From positions 638,414 through 702,413 of the forward strand of contig CACGZD010000001.1 in the NCBI GenBank assembly GCA_902577425.1: a stretch of 64,000 nucleotides of DNA, in the 5' to 3' direction. The notes beneath the pieces were generated by a model that was given only the letters and a program-made list of their open reading frames with translations, was not told where the DNA came from and made no database searches. The DNA is from an uncultured Alphaproteobacteria bacterium (GTDB lineage: Bacteria; Pseudomonadota; Alphaproteobacteria; HIMB59; GCA-002718135). Positions 21,007 to 29,981 of this stretch are shown in pieces; the first letter of the stretch is position 1; each line of letters begins with the position of its first letter. The translations under genes and the position numbers were made by a program.

Positions 21007-21609
21007 CTAACTCAAATTTATATTAAAACTTATTACAATTCTATCTTCATTTGATCTATTTACATCAACAGAGTGATGTAAGTAGCTAGGAAACAGTACT
21101 AACAAGCCTTCTTCAGGTTTTATTGAAACAATATTAGTATTTAAGTTATTAGGATTGTCTACTTTAGGGTGAAAATAAACTGGTTCACTTCTTGGATCAT
21201 GAAAAACAATATTGCCACAATTTTCAGGGGCTTTAACATAGTAGGCTGCACTTATATAATTGTTACTATGTATATGTCTTGCATTAGTGGCATCATTTCT
21301 ATTTATGATAGACCACATACTGGTAATTTTAACTTTTTGATTTTTTAAATCCCATCCCATATCTACAAGTGTTTCGTTTATGTAAGGGCCAATAGAGTTA
21401 ATATAATCTTTTATATTGTCAGCATTCATATCAAAGTCTTGAGAGTGCCATCCTTTTGAATTAGATTTTTGAACTCCTTTAGGATTTTGAGACTCTAAAC
21501 TTTTTATATATTCTAATATCTTTTTATTAACTTCTTGATGGTTTTTCACTCGTGAAACCCAAACAGGAGTTGAAAAAAAAAGTTTTAATTCTGACACTCT
21601 ATCTGTCAT
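21007..21609 (-). CDS. Putative 2OG-Fe(II) oxygenase, TIGR02466-like
   Basis: GWHS, HIHSNNYISAAYYV, IVFHDPR, GLLVLFPSYLHHSV and RIVISFN motifs. Confidence 0.85.
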   Translation of the reverse strand: MTDRVSELKLFFSTPVWVSRVKNHQEVNKKILEYIKSLESQNPKGVQKSNSKGWHSQDFDMNADNIKDYINSIGPYINETLVDMGWDLKNQKVKITSMWSIINRNDATNARHIHSNNYISAAYYVKAPENCGNIVFHDPRSEPVYFHPKVDNPNNLNTNIVSIKPEEGLLVLFPSYLHHSVDVNRSNEDRIVISFNINLS

Positions 21610-21667
21610 ACGTTTTAACTACCTTAACTTTTTGAATTTTGCTAGAAAATTCTACAGACTTATTGCA

Positions 21668-23638
21668 TTACTTAGTACTATCAATACAAACAATTGCATA
21701 AGGTAATAATTCCAGTTTAAGAGATCCATTAGCAGTTACGTGTTTTTTAAAGTTTTGAGCACGAAAAGTTTCAGGTGATTTCATTGCTTCCTCAATATTA
21801 CTTTCATTGAGATGTCGAATATTAACTGAACTACCTAAATTTTTTACTGTTAATTGTTGTACTTCTGAAACTAGATTAGCTAAAATAATTCTTATCTGAC
21901 CTTCTTTGTTTATAGCTAATCCATTTATTTTTAAAGGATTGCTTGATGAGGTTGAAATAATCTCTCCATCTGCAAATTCTCCTACATCAGCAAAAACATG
22001 ATAAAGAGGAAAAACAGATTCTTTAAATGAATAAAATTTTTCTGGAATAGGTGAACCATACTGAGTTTCCATTACACCTCGCCATCCTGTTGTTTCATAA
22101 TATGTCAAACTATGAGCCTCACTTTCACATAAATATTTTAAGCTGCCAACTGTCCAGCCTGCACCAAATAGAGACATCTGTCTCACATCTACTTGAGATG
22201 GAAGCTGGTTAGATTTCAATTCTGTTTCAGGAGAAGTAGCAAAGGGATTAAAACGCATTTTTAATGTAATAGGTGAAACCGCAATAAATTTATTATTAGA
22301 AAATTGACGAGCACTTTTTACTGTTTCCGGTTGAGCTGAAAGCGTTTCTATTAGTGAAAGATTATCAAAAGCATGTACCTGCGGATTGATAGAATAAGAT
22401 ACTAAATCCATATCTTCAAAAGAGGCAGTGGAACGATTCAGATCAGTAAATAAAACATTTGTACCAGAACCTATTTTGATATTATGATCATATTTTTGTA
22501 AATATTTTTTAGCTAATAATATCCATTTTTTAGAAGTTGTTATTTCTTCTTTATGGAAAATGAGCCAAGTTAAAATAGGAGGTTTAATCTTTTTTAATAA
22601 TTCAAGAAAAGCCATCAGTTCAGACTCAGCATCATTTGAAAGAAACAACGCTACTTCTAAATTAATTCCTAATTTGTGAGCATCCCTAGATGATTGTTCG
22701 AATTTTGCTTCATAATTAGGATCATATAAATTTAAATTAATTCTTTGATGAGATAGATTTAAAACTTTTAGTCGCTCCAACTCTTTTTCATTGAGTGGAT
22801 AATCATGACTAGCTTCATCCAATCCAATTTTTGGTAGTTTTCGTATTGCTTTTTCTTTTATTAAAAAAGTAAGCTCATCATTAGCTTTAAAAGATTTTAA
22901 TTCATGATCTTGATTTTTTAAAGTTAAAGAAAAGTTTTGAGAAATTTTTGTACCTGCTTTAACTTCTACTGGAGAAGGTTTGCTAAGTGGAGTACCGTAG
23001 GTTTTAAAAGAGGCATCTGTCCAGTTTCGTTGATCTTCCATTTCAAAATTTTCACCTTCAAAACGAACTTCTGCTAGTAAATTTTGTTTTACTTGATAGA
23101 CAAGTGCTCGCATATTAGAAAATGGTTCAACAGGTGAAGGCTTGTCATTAATGATAAGTTGCGGTGCTATAAATTTTGGAAATGTAGTTTGTTCAATTGT
23201 TCCATCCACATGTTCAATTTTACACTCTGTACTGGCATATTCCATTGGATGCAAAATACAAAAACCAATGCGGTTTCGCCAAAATGTGGAGCGCGCTTCA
23301 CCATCCATACTAAAGGTGATAGCACCATTAGCTTTACCAATAATTTTTCCTTGCCAGCAGAAATCAATGTCACTTTGAATATTATTGACAGTATATGTGA
23401 TAATAAAAGAATCATCTTTTATATCCATCTTCACATTTGATAAAACAGGTTTTACAGTGTCCCAATTACGATCACGCACAGCAACATAGATACGACGGAT
23501 TATTTCCTTATCACCATATTTAATATAGCGAAGATCTCCTGCTTCATAAAATAAATTTAATGGTCCAGCTTTAAGGTCTATCTGTTTGGGTAATGATTCA
23601 TCTTTTCCATAATATTGAACGTTTTTAGATAATTTCAT
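21668..23638 (-). CDS. apnL: D-apionate lactonase-like protein
   Basis: AGPL, GDLRYIKYG, VRDRNW, NRIGFCILHP and FEMEDQRNWTDASFKTY match my recollection of the ApnL family; adjacent to the ApsD-like gene. Confidence 0.7.
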   Translation of the reverse strand: MKLSKNVQYYGKDESLPKQIDLKAGPLNLFYEAGDLRYIKYGDKEIIRRIYVAVRDRNWDTVKPVLSNVKMDIKDDSFIITYTVNNIQSDIDFCWQGKIIGKANGAITFSMDGEARSTFWRNRIGFCILHPMEYASTECKIEHVDGTIEQTTFPKFIAPQLIINDKPSPVEPFSNMRALVYQVKQNLLAEVRFEGENFEMEDQRNWTDASFKTYGTPLSKPSPVEVKAGTKISQNFSLTLKNQDHELKSFKANDELTFLIKEKAIRKLPKIGLDEASHDYPLNEKELERLKVLNLSHQRINLNLYDPNYEAKFEQSSRDAHKLGINLEVALFLSNDAESELMAFLELLKKIKPPILTWLIFHKEEITTSKKWILLAKKYLQKYDHNIKIGSGTNVLFTDLNRSTASFEDMDLVSYSINPQVHAFDNLSLIETLSAQPETVKSARQFSNNKFIAVSPITLKMRFNPFATSPETELKSNQLPSQVDVRQMSLFGAGWTVGSLKYLCESEAHSLTYYETTGWRGVMETQYGSPIPEKFYSFKESVFPLYHVFADVGEFADGEIISTSSSNPLKINGLAINKEGQIRIILANLVSEVQQLTVKNLGSSVNIRHLNESNIEEAMKSPETFRAQNFKKHVTANGSLKLELLPYAIVCIDSTK

Positions 23639-23658
23639 TTTTTTGTAACTTTAAGCAT

Positions 23659-24696
23659 CTAATTGCCCATTGTTACAAGTGAACCACCTTTTGCAGCTGA
23701 TTGATAAGCTGCCTCTACTAGTTTCAATGTTTTTAAATTATCATCAACTGAGGTTTCAGGTTTAAGATTTTGTGGAACTGTGTCTATCCAATGACGACAT
23801 GTATTTTTAACGCTATCTTGAACTACATGCCAAGGTTTTTCACACCAGTCATCAACACTTGGTTCAGCATTTATTGTTTCAACTTTTTCACCAGATCTTT
23901 TTATCATTTGGTACCCTGCTCCTAGCGTTACTGCACCATTTGTTCCTTCAACAGAGACAAGAGTTTCAGGGAAAAGATCTGGGACTTGCTTAGATCCATA
24001 AGTACATTCAACAATTGCAGTCCGCTCTTTTGAAAATCCTAACATCATTGTAGCCATATCTTCACCAGCAATATCTGAACGAGTTTTTTGAGTTCGGCAA
24101 CATATAGAAGTAGCTTCTCCAAATAAAAAACGTGCGGTATCTAGAACATGAACTCCCAAGTCCATTAGCACTAGTTGATCTACTTCCTTAAGATAAGGTT
24201 GATTTGTATAAATATCGAAAGAAGTACGAAAACTTATCTTACAAAAAAGATGTTGACCAATGTTATCATTTGCAATGAAATTCTTTAGATCTCTTATAGG
24301 TTGTTGAAACCTGAAATTTTCATGAACCATCATGGGTGTTTTAGTTGTTTCAGCAAGATCAACAATTTTAGTTGCTTCTTTTAATGAGGGAGCCATAGGT
24401 TTTTGAATAATGGCAGAAATATTTAGAGAGGCTGCTAGTTTTGCAAGATGATAATGGGATGGCGCAGTTGTGACAATATCAACAACATCAGGTCGAACTT
24501 TTTTTAACATCAATTCAGCATCAGTGAAATATGGAGTGCCTTTCGAAATATTACTTGCATTAATAGCCTTCTCTTCATCTAGATCACAAACGCCAACTAG
24601 ATCTACGTCTTTAAAGTTGCTCCATGAAAGAATATGATTTGTTGCAAAAAATCCACAACCTATAACAGCTACTTTACTTTTATTTTTATTTATCAT
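23659..24696 (-). CDS. apsD: D-apiose dehydrogenase-like Gfo/Idh/MocA oxidoreductase
   Basis: IGCGFFA, QKP, HENFRFQ, SFR..FD.Y..QPYL, DLGVHVLD, FPETL, PWH and DNLKT..LVEAAY, as in ApsD. Confidence 0.72.
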   Translation of the reverse strand: MINKNKSKVAVIGCGFFATNHILSWSNFKDVDLVGVCDLDEEKAINASNISKGTPYFTDAELMLKKVRPDVVDIVTTAPSHYHLAKLAASLNISAIIQKPMAPSLKEATKIVDLAETTKTPMMVHENFRFQQPIRDLKNFIANDNIGQHLFCKISFRTSFDIYTNQPYLKEVDQLVLMDLGVHVLDTARFLFGEATSICCRTQKTRSDIAGEDMATMMLGFSKERTAIVECTYGSKQVPDLFPETLVSVEGTNGAVTLGAGYQMIKRSGEKVETINAEPSVDDWCEKPWHVVQDSVKNTCRHWIDTVPQNLKPETSVDDNLKTLKLVEAAYQSAAKGGSLVTMGN

Positions 24697-24744
24697 TTTT
24701 ATTTTATATATAACCTAATCATATTTTTATATTTTCTTATCCAA

Positions 24745-25563
24745 TTATGATTTAGCATCTCCATCTGCAGGATCCAAACTAGTAGCTGGTATCCGATCAC
24801 ATCCAACTTCTTCTAAGGACTGATGCAGAGATCGCATTAATAGTCCACTATCTGGTCCTAAAGCTAACATTCGAAAACCTTGATCACGTCGTTCAGTTAA
24901 ATTTTTAACACTAGTAGATATAACACCACAATGTTTTCCAGCAGCGTTAATTATGTCTTTTAATTCTAATATTTGTTCGGCTACACCAGGACCTTCCCAT
25001 TGTCCTCGATATCCTGCACTTGCTGAGAAATCAGCTGGACCAAAGAAAAATAGATCTATTCCATCTACTTTACACATGTTGGCTACATTAGGAATGGCAT
25101 TGATACTTTCAATCAAAGGTATAACTAGTACATTTTCATTTGCTTCATTAGTATGTTCACTTAAACACTGACCCCATACTGTTGCTCGTTCTCCTCCTAT
25201 TCCTCGTCGTCCTTCAGGTGGATAATGGCAATCACGAACGGCCTCTTCTACTTCTTCTACCTTTTCCATCCAAGGAACTATTATTCCATCAGCTCCAATA
25301 TCAAGAGCACGTTTTGACAAGGAAGTACTTCGTTCAGCAATACGGACAAGAACAACAGTATCACTTCGTAAAGCTGCCCTAATATGGGAATTTATGTCTC
25401 TCCAATCCAAATGACCATGTTCTGCATCAATTACAACCCAATCTAAACCGAGAGAAACGGCCATTTCAGTAATTGACGCTGATTCAAGAGTAACCCATAA
25501 TCCGTATATAGGCTCATTTTTTTTAAGCTTTTGCCTTAGTTTTTGAAGAGCTTTAACTTTCAT
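24745..25563 (-). CDS. HpcH/HpaI class II aldolase
   Basis: DWVVIDAEHG, ALDIGADGIIVP, YPPEGRRG, PLIES and FFGPADFSAS motifs. Confidence 0.9.
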   Translation of the reverse strand: MKVKALQKLRQKLKKNEPIYGLWVTLESASITEMAVSLGLDWVVIDAEHGHLDWRDINSHIRAALRSDTVVLVRIAERSTSLSKRALDIGADGIIVPWMEKVEEVEEAVRDCHYPPEGRRGIGGERATVWGQCLSEHTNEANENVLVIPLIESINAIPNVANMCKVDGIDLFFFGPADFSASAGYRGQWEGPGVAEQILELKDIINAAGKHCGVISTSVKNLTERRDQGFRMLALGPDSGLLMRSLHQSLEEVGCDRIPATSLDPADGDAKS

Positions 25564-25721
25564 TTTTTTTCAATTTATACATTATAGTCATTCTAATTAA
25601 AAACTATTAGCACTTGATAATAATTTTTAATACGATTATCATTCTTTTGATATGACAAATATGAGTATAATTTTATCATATTTATTTATCAAAACAAATT
25701 TTTAATACGTAGGAGGGAATA

Positions 25722-26756
25722 ATGGTATTAAGAAAAATAATAGCTGCTGGGTTTTTGAGTGTAGCAACACTTTTTAGTTTGTCTATATCAAGCATAGCTT
25801 CAGCCGGTCAGATAGTAGTTGGCTACGCTGCACCTTCTCTTGATGGTGCACAGAAGCAAATATTTGATGGCTTTAGGATTCCAGCAGAAGCAAAAGGTTG
25901 GAAAGTAGTTTCTGTAACATCTGGAGGAGATGCTCAAAAACAAATTAATGACGTTAATGACTTTATAACTCAAGGAGTTGATGCAATTGTAGCGGTTCCT
26001 GATGATAGTGCTGGAATTTGTGTTGCAGTAGCAGCAGCGGAAGAAGCTGGAATACCTTTTTATACAATTGATAGATCTGCAGTTGGTTGCCAAATGGAAA
26101 TGACTGTCCTAGCTGATAACAATCTAGGCGGAAATCAATCTGGTAATGCTGTTGTTGCGCATTTAACAAAAAAATATGGAGAACCTAAAGGAACAGTTTT
26201 GCATATTACTGGTAACTTAGCACAAAACGTTGCACAGTTAAGAAAAGCAGGATTTGATGAAATTATAAATCAACATTCTAACATTGAACACATTACCAAA
26301 GATGGTGAATGGCAAGTTGAAAAAGGAGTTCAAATAGTTCGTGACGTTTTATCAGTTCGCGATGTTGATGCAATTTATTTACATTCTGACTGTGCTTACT
26401 CTGAGAGTACTGTTCAAACTCTAAAAGAGATGGATCAATATGCACCTAGAGGCGAAGATGGTCATATCTTTATTGCAGCAATCGATGGTTGTAGCTCTGC
26501 TTTAAATTTAATCCGAGAAGGATCAACTGACCAAGCTTCAGGTCAACCAATTCCAGACTTTGGAAGTATGGTTGTTGTATATATTGAAAAGAAATTGAAT
26601 GGTGAACCAATTGAGGAAGGTCAAGTTGTTCAAGAAGGAGCATTATGGTCTCCAGCTCAACTTGTAATGACTGATGTTGGCTTTCAGCTTTTCTTAAGTA
26701 CAACTGATATTTCTATAGACAATGTGGACAATCCTGGACTTTGGGGTAACCAATAG
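25722..26756 (+). CDS. Sugar ABC transporter substrate-binding protein (RbsB-like)
   Basis: Signal peptide; QINDVNDFITQGVDAI, AGIPFYTIDR and ADNNLGG motifs; AGGAGG RBS. Confidence 0.9.
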   Translation: MVLRKIIAAGFLSVATLFSLSISSIASAGQIVVGYAAPSLDGAQKQIFDGFRIPAEAKGWKVVSVTSGGDAQKQINDVNDFITQGVDAIVAVPDDSAGICVAVAAAEEAGIPFYTIDRSAVGCQMEMTVLADNNLGGNQSGNAVVAHLTKKYGEPKGTVLHITGNLAQNVAQLRKAGFDEIINQHSNIEHITKDGEWQVEKGVQIVRDVLSVRDVDAIYLHSDCAYSESTVQTLKEMDQYAPRGEDGHIFIAAIDGCSSALNLIREGSTDQASGQPIPDFGSMVVVYIEKKLNGEPIEEGQVVQEGALWSPAQLVMTDVGFQLFLSTTDISIDNVDNPGLWGNQ

Positions 26757-26799
26757 TTGGATTGAACACTACGTTTGTTGATGTTATAAAAAAATAAAT

Positions 26800-26830
26800 T
26801 TTGGAGGGGTTAATTTTTATCCCCTCCAAA
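26800..26830 (+). terminator. Stem-loop between the SBP and ATPase genes (terminator or mRNA-stabilising hairpin)
   Basis: TTTGGAGGGG-N11-CCCCTCCAAA, a perfect 10-bp stem. Confidence 0.7.
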
Positions 26831-26890
26831 CTCGTAATTCAAAGATTATAAATATAATATAAGTATGATAAAAAGATTTTGGTTGGAATT

Positions 26891-27631
26891 ATGAAAATTC
26901 TTGAATTAAAAAATATTTCGAAAAGCTTTGGCGCAATCCATGCTTTAGAAAATGTAGATTTAGATATTACTCCAGGAGAAGCGCTTGGTCTAATGGGTGA
27001 TAATGGAGCTGGCAAATCAACACTTGTGAAAATTGTTGCTGGAAATTTTTCTCCTACAAATGGAGAAATTTTTGTTGCAGGAAAAAAAACGTCAATTTCT
27101 AATCCACTTGAAGCTAGAAATCATGGTATCGAAATCGTGTATCAAGATCTTAAATTGTGTAATAATTTAACAGCCTCTGCGAATGTTTTTTTAGGTCGGG
27201 AAATAAATTCAGGTTTTGGTGTTTTTTCACGGCTAAAACACACTGCTATGAATGATCGAGCTGCAGAATTATTTGGAGAATTACAATCCGAAACACGTCC
27301 AAATGATGTAGTAGAACGAATGTCTGGCGGCCAACGACAAGCAGTCGCGCTTGCACGAACACGTTTGTCTGATCCAAAGATTGTTTTGTTAGATGAGCCT
27401 ACTGCAGCAATTTCAATTCGCCAAGTAGCAGGAATTCTTGCAAGAATTAAACAACTTAAAGAAACTGGTCATGCTGTAATTTTGGTAAGTCACCGAATGA
27501 TGGATGTTTTTGAAGTATGTGATCGTGTCGCCGTTCTACGAAGAGGGAATAAAATTGCTGATAAACCAATCGCTAACACAAACCCAGAAGAGGTTACTGG
27601 ATTAATAACCGGAGCTTTAGAAAAAGCATGA
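26891..27631 (+). CDS. Sugar ABC transporter ATP-binding protein (single NBD)
   Basis: GDNGAGKST, MSGGQRQ and LLDEPT motifs; ATG at 26891 preferred over TTG 26879. Confidence 0.92.
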   Translation: MKILELKNISKSFGAIHALENVDLDITPGEALGLMGDNGAGKSTLVKIVAGNFSPTNGEIFVAGKKTSISNPLEARNHGIEIVYQDLKLCNNLTASANVFLGREINSGFGVFSRLKHTAMNDRAAELFGELQSETRPNDVVERMSGGQRQAVALARTRLSDPKIVLLDEPTAAISIRQVAGILARIKQLKETGHAVILVSHRMMDVFEVCDRVAVLRRGNKIADKPIANTNPEEVTGLITGALEKA

Positions 27632-27652
27632 ATTATTCATTAGAGGAAAGTT

Positions 27653-28687
27653 ATGTTTTCATATAATCGTTTATTATTTCTGATTGATCATTTAATTTGG
27701 GGTATTTTAGTACTTGTATTTGTGTTTTTCATATTTCAATCTGAATATTTTCTTACTGAAAGAAATATTTCTAATATTTTAACAGCAGCAGCAGTATTAG
27801 GTGTCTTGGTAGCGGGTCAAACTTTTGTTTTAATAAGTGGCAACTTCGATTTATCGACAGAGTCCACATTAGGATTGGCAGCTTTAGTTGGTATCTGGTT
27901 GATTGTACCTGCAGGTCCGACAACGTTTGGTGGTGGAATTTATATGAATCCCTACCTATCAATTATTTGTAGCTTATCAATGGGAGCTTTAATTGGTTAT
28001 ATTATTGGTTGCTTAATAACATATGGTAACATGCATAATTTCATCGTTACTCTAGCAGCTCTTCTTGTTATTAGAGGTTTAATGATGGCTTTTACAGAGG
28101 GTGCACCAGTAAGTGGTTTTAATAATCCAAGTGCAGATGTTTTCTACTGGCTTGGTCATGAAAAAGCTTTTAAAGTCCCAGGTCTTGGTAAGATTTCCGT
28201 TGCTGTTCTTGCAACAGGATTAGTTTATATTGTTTGTCATTTAATTTTAAAACATCACAAATTTGGTCGAGAACTATATGCAATTGGTGGTAACCGTGAT
28301 GCTGCAGAAGCATTAGGTATAAATGTCAATAGAAGAATTAGGCAAGTGTATATGCTTAGTGGACTACTAGCTGCCCTAGGTGGTTGGATGTTAGCAGGAA
28401 GAGTAGTATCCATACAAAGCAATCTTGGTGAAACTTTTATATTTACTGTTTTTGCTGGGGCTGTCATTGGTGGTGTAAGTCTTCAAGGCGGTAGAGGAAC
28501 AATGTTAGGTGCTTTAGGTGGAGTTTTATTACTTTCTACAATTGATCGGGGATTAAATTTAATGCAAGTTTCTGTTTTTTGGATAAAAGTCATTCAAGGA
28601 TCAGTAATTCTAGTAGCTATGCTTATTGACGCACAACGTGTCCGTCTTAAAGAACTTAGTATCATTGCAACCAGTGAAAAAAAATAA
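27653..28687 (+). CDS. Sugar ABC transporter permease (RbsC-like)
   Basis: GNFDLS, FIVTL, FGRELYAIGGNRDAAEALGI and AVIGGVSLQGGRG motifs. Confidence 0.92.
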   Translation: MFSYNRLLFLIDHLIWGILVLVFVFFIFQSEYFLTERNISNILTAAAVLGVLVAGQTFVLISGNFDLSTESTLGLAALVGIWLIVPAGPTTFGGGIYMNPYLSIICSLSMGALIGYIIGCLITYGNMHNFIVTLAALLVIRGLMMAFTEGAPVSGFNNPSADVFYWLGHEKAFKVPGLGKISVAVLATGLVYIVCHLILKHHKFGRELYAIGGNRDAAEALGINVNRRIRQVYMLSGLLAALGGWMLAGRVVSIQSNLGETFIFTVFAGAVIGGVSLQGGRGTMLGALGGVLLLSTIDRGLNLMQVSVFWIKVIQGSVILVAMLIDAQRVRLKELSIIATSEKK

Positions 28688-28705
28688 TTAATTGAATTTT
28701 AATAA

Positions 28706-28795
28706 GGAGAGATGTGAGAGCGGTTTAATCAGCACGCTTGGAAAGCGTGTATAGTGGAAACACTATCGAGGGTTCGAATCCCTCTCTCTCCGCCA
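28706..28795 (+). tRNA. tRNA-Ser(GGA), intact, 90 nt
   Basis: Acceptor GGAGAGA/TCTCTCC, D stem TGA/TCA, anticodon arm CACGC-TTGGAAA-GCGTG, long variable arm TAGTG-GAAA-CACTA, T arm GAGGG-TTCGAAT-CCCTC, and encoded GCCA. Confidence 0.96.
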
Positions 28796-28839
28796 TAAAT
28801 TAGGATTTTCCTTTAACGATTTTTCAACAAAAAAGTGTT

Positions 28840-28861
28840 TCGACGCACATACGGCGCACTT
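28840..28861. repeat. Tandem 11-bp arm-type repeat, GGCG type
   Basis: TCGACGCACATACGGCGCACTT is 21/22 identical to 30760-81; the second CAC is 62 bp after the tRNA CCA. Confidence 0.85.
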
Positions 28862-28899
28862 ACGAGCCTATTTTTCATCTTAATCCCGTATCGGTATTG

Positions 28900-28918
28900 T
28901 GGTAGGATAATCGTGATG
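28900..28918 (+). promoter_or_regulatory. Putative extended -10 promoter with leaderless start
   Basis: TG-G-TAGGAT-N7-ATG, 18/19 identical to 43015-43033; no Shine-Dalgarno sequence. Confidence 0.5.
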
Positions 28919-29344
28919 AAAAAATTATTTTTTTTAATAGCTTTATTATTTTTGTTTTCTTCATACGCTAACGCTAAAGTGGTAAAACTTTTATGTGAGC
29001 CAAGAGAATACTACATTTATGATCACAATCAATCATCTGGAACTTATACTAAGCGTTTTGAACCTAATATTTTGGATTTAATTATTTCCATAAGTGAAAA
29101 AAAATTAACCATGTATTATGATGATGCAGAAGATAGTTTTAGTAGAACAAAAATTAATGCCGACCCAACATCATTTCTTATGAAATTTCAGAATGAAAAA
29201 TATGGAGTAGTGGTTGGCTTTCTTTTTCATAGAAAATCAGGAAGATTAAATAAGTTTAAAAGTGGAGGTCAATATGGAGGTGATAATAATATTTTTTCTG
29301 AGACATATTATAATTGTGAAAAATATTTAGAGCCCGTTTTTTAA
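28916..29344 (+). CDS. Secreted hypothetical protein
   Basis: ATG 28916 begins a clear signal peptide, MKKLFFLIALLFLFSSYANA. The track's upstream GTG start would run through the arm repeat. Confidence 0.7.
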   Translation: MKKLFFLIALLFLFSSYANAKVVKLLCEPREYYIYDHNQSSGTYTKRFEPNILDLIISISEKKLTMYYDDAEDSFSRTKINADPTSFLMKFQNEKYGVVVGFLFHRKSGRLNKFKSGGQYGGDNNIFSETYYNCEKYLEPVF

Positions 29345-29351
29345 AAATTAT

Positions 29352-29981
29352 ATGACCAATAAAGTTAAATTAAAATATGACTATATAATGAAATTAGAAT
29401 ACGTTGGTGAAGTCAAGGACGGCTTGCCCCATGGATATGGTACTTTCAATATATATGGAGAATTATCATTTAAAGAATTAAGTAAGACACAAAATTATAA
29501 AGAAACAAAGAAGGGTGAATACGAATATTTATCTCATCATAAATCTACCACACATTATCTTCAGGCACTTATAGAGGTGTCTTTAACAAAAAGTAAGCCA
29601 AAGGATTTTGATAAAGATTGTTTGGAAATTTCTATTAAAGGGGGCTTTAAAGAAGGTCTTTGGGAGGGACGTTTTTTTAGGATTGATTATGATTTTTTAA
29701 ATGGAAAAGAAAGTGACAATGAAGAAACTGAAGATTTTGAAGTATATTCTGAAGCATCGATTTTTGAAAATAATATTATGGTTGAAGGAAGAATAGATTT
29801 TGATGATGGTTATTATTTTGGTGAAGTCATATTGAATGAATCCTATAATAAAGATTTTGAAAAAGCCACTGGAGATCTTTATTTACCTCATGGAGAAGGT
29901 GATTACATTTATCATGATCCGAATAAAGGCAAATGGTTTAGAGGAATTTGGGAAAATGGAAAATTAAAAAAAACAAATTAA
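29352..29981 (+). CDS. Acidic protein with MORN-like repeats
   Basis: YVGEVKDGLPHGYGTF, YFGEV...PHGEGDY and WFRGIWENGK motifs. Confidence 0.65.
   Translation: MTNKVKLKYDYIMKLEYVGEVKDGLPHGYGTFNIYGELSFKELSKTQNYKETKKGEYEYLSHHKSTTHYLQALIEVSLTKSKPKDFDKDCLEISIKGGFKEGLWEGRFFRIDYDFLNGKESDNEETEDFEVYSEASIFENNIMVEGRIDFDDGYYFGEVILNESYNKDFEKATGDLYLPHGEGDYIYHDPNKGKWFRGIWENGKLKKTN

Noticed and set aside
21632-21656. Resemblance of GAATTTTGCTAGAAAATTCTACA to the Ser right-arm spacer
   Set aside because: The match is partial, gapped and AT-rich, with no adjacent 11-bp repeat or tRNA fragment; it is compatible with chance.
25615-25641. Fur-box-like inverted repeat TGATAAT-N13-ATTATCA in the sugar-cluster promoter
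   Set aside because: The half-sites are 13 bp apart rather than 1, the context is AT-rich, and there is no iron-related gene or local regulator.
28835-28915. Track's longer N-terminus for the first Ser-module ORF
   Set aside because: It would translate through the att arm. ATG 28916 gives a clean signal peptide and matches the module 3 leader.
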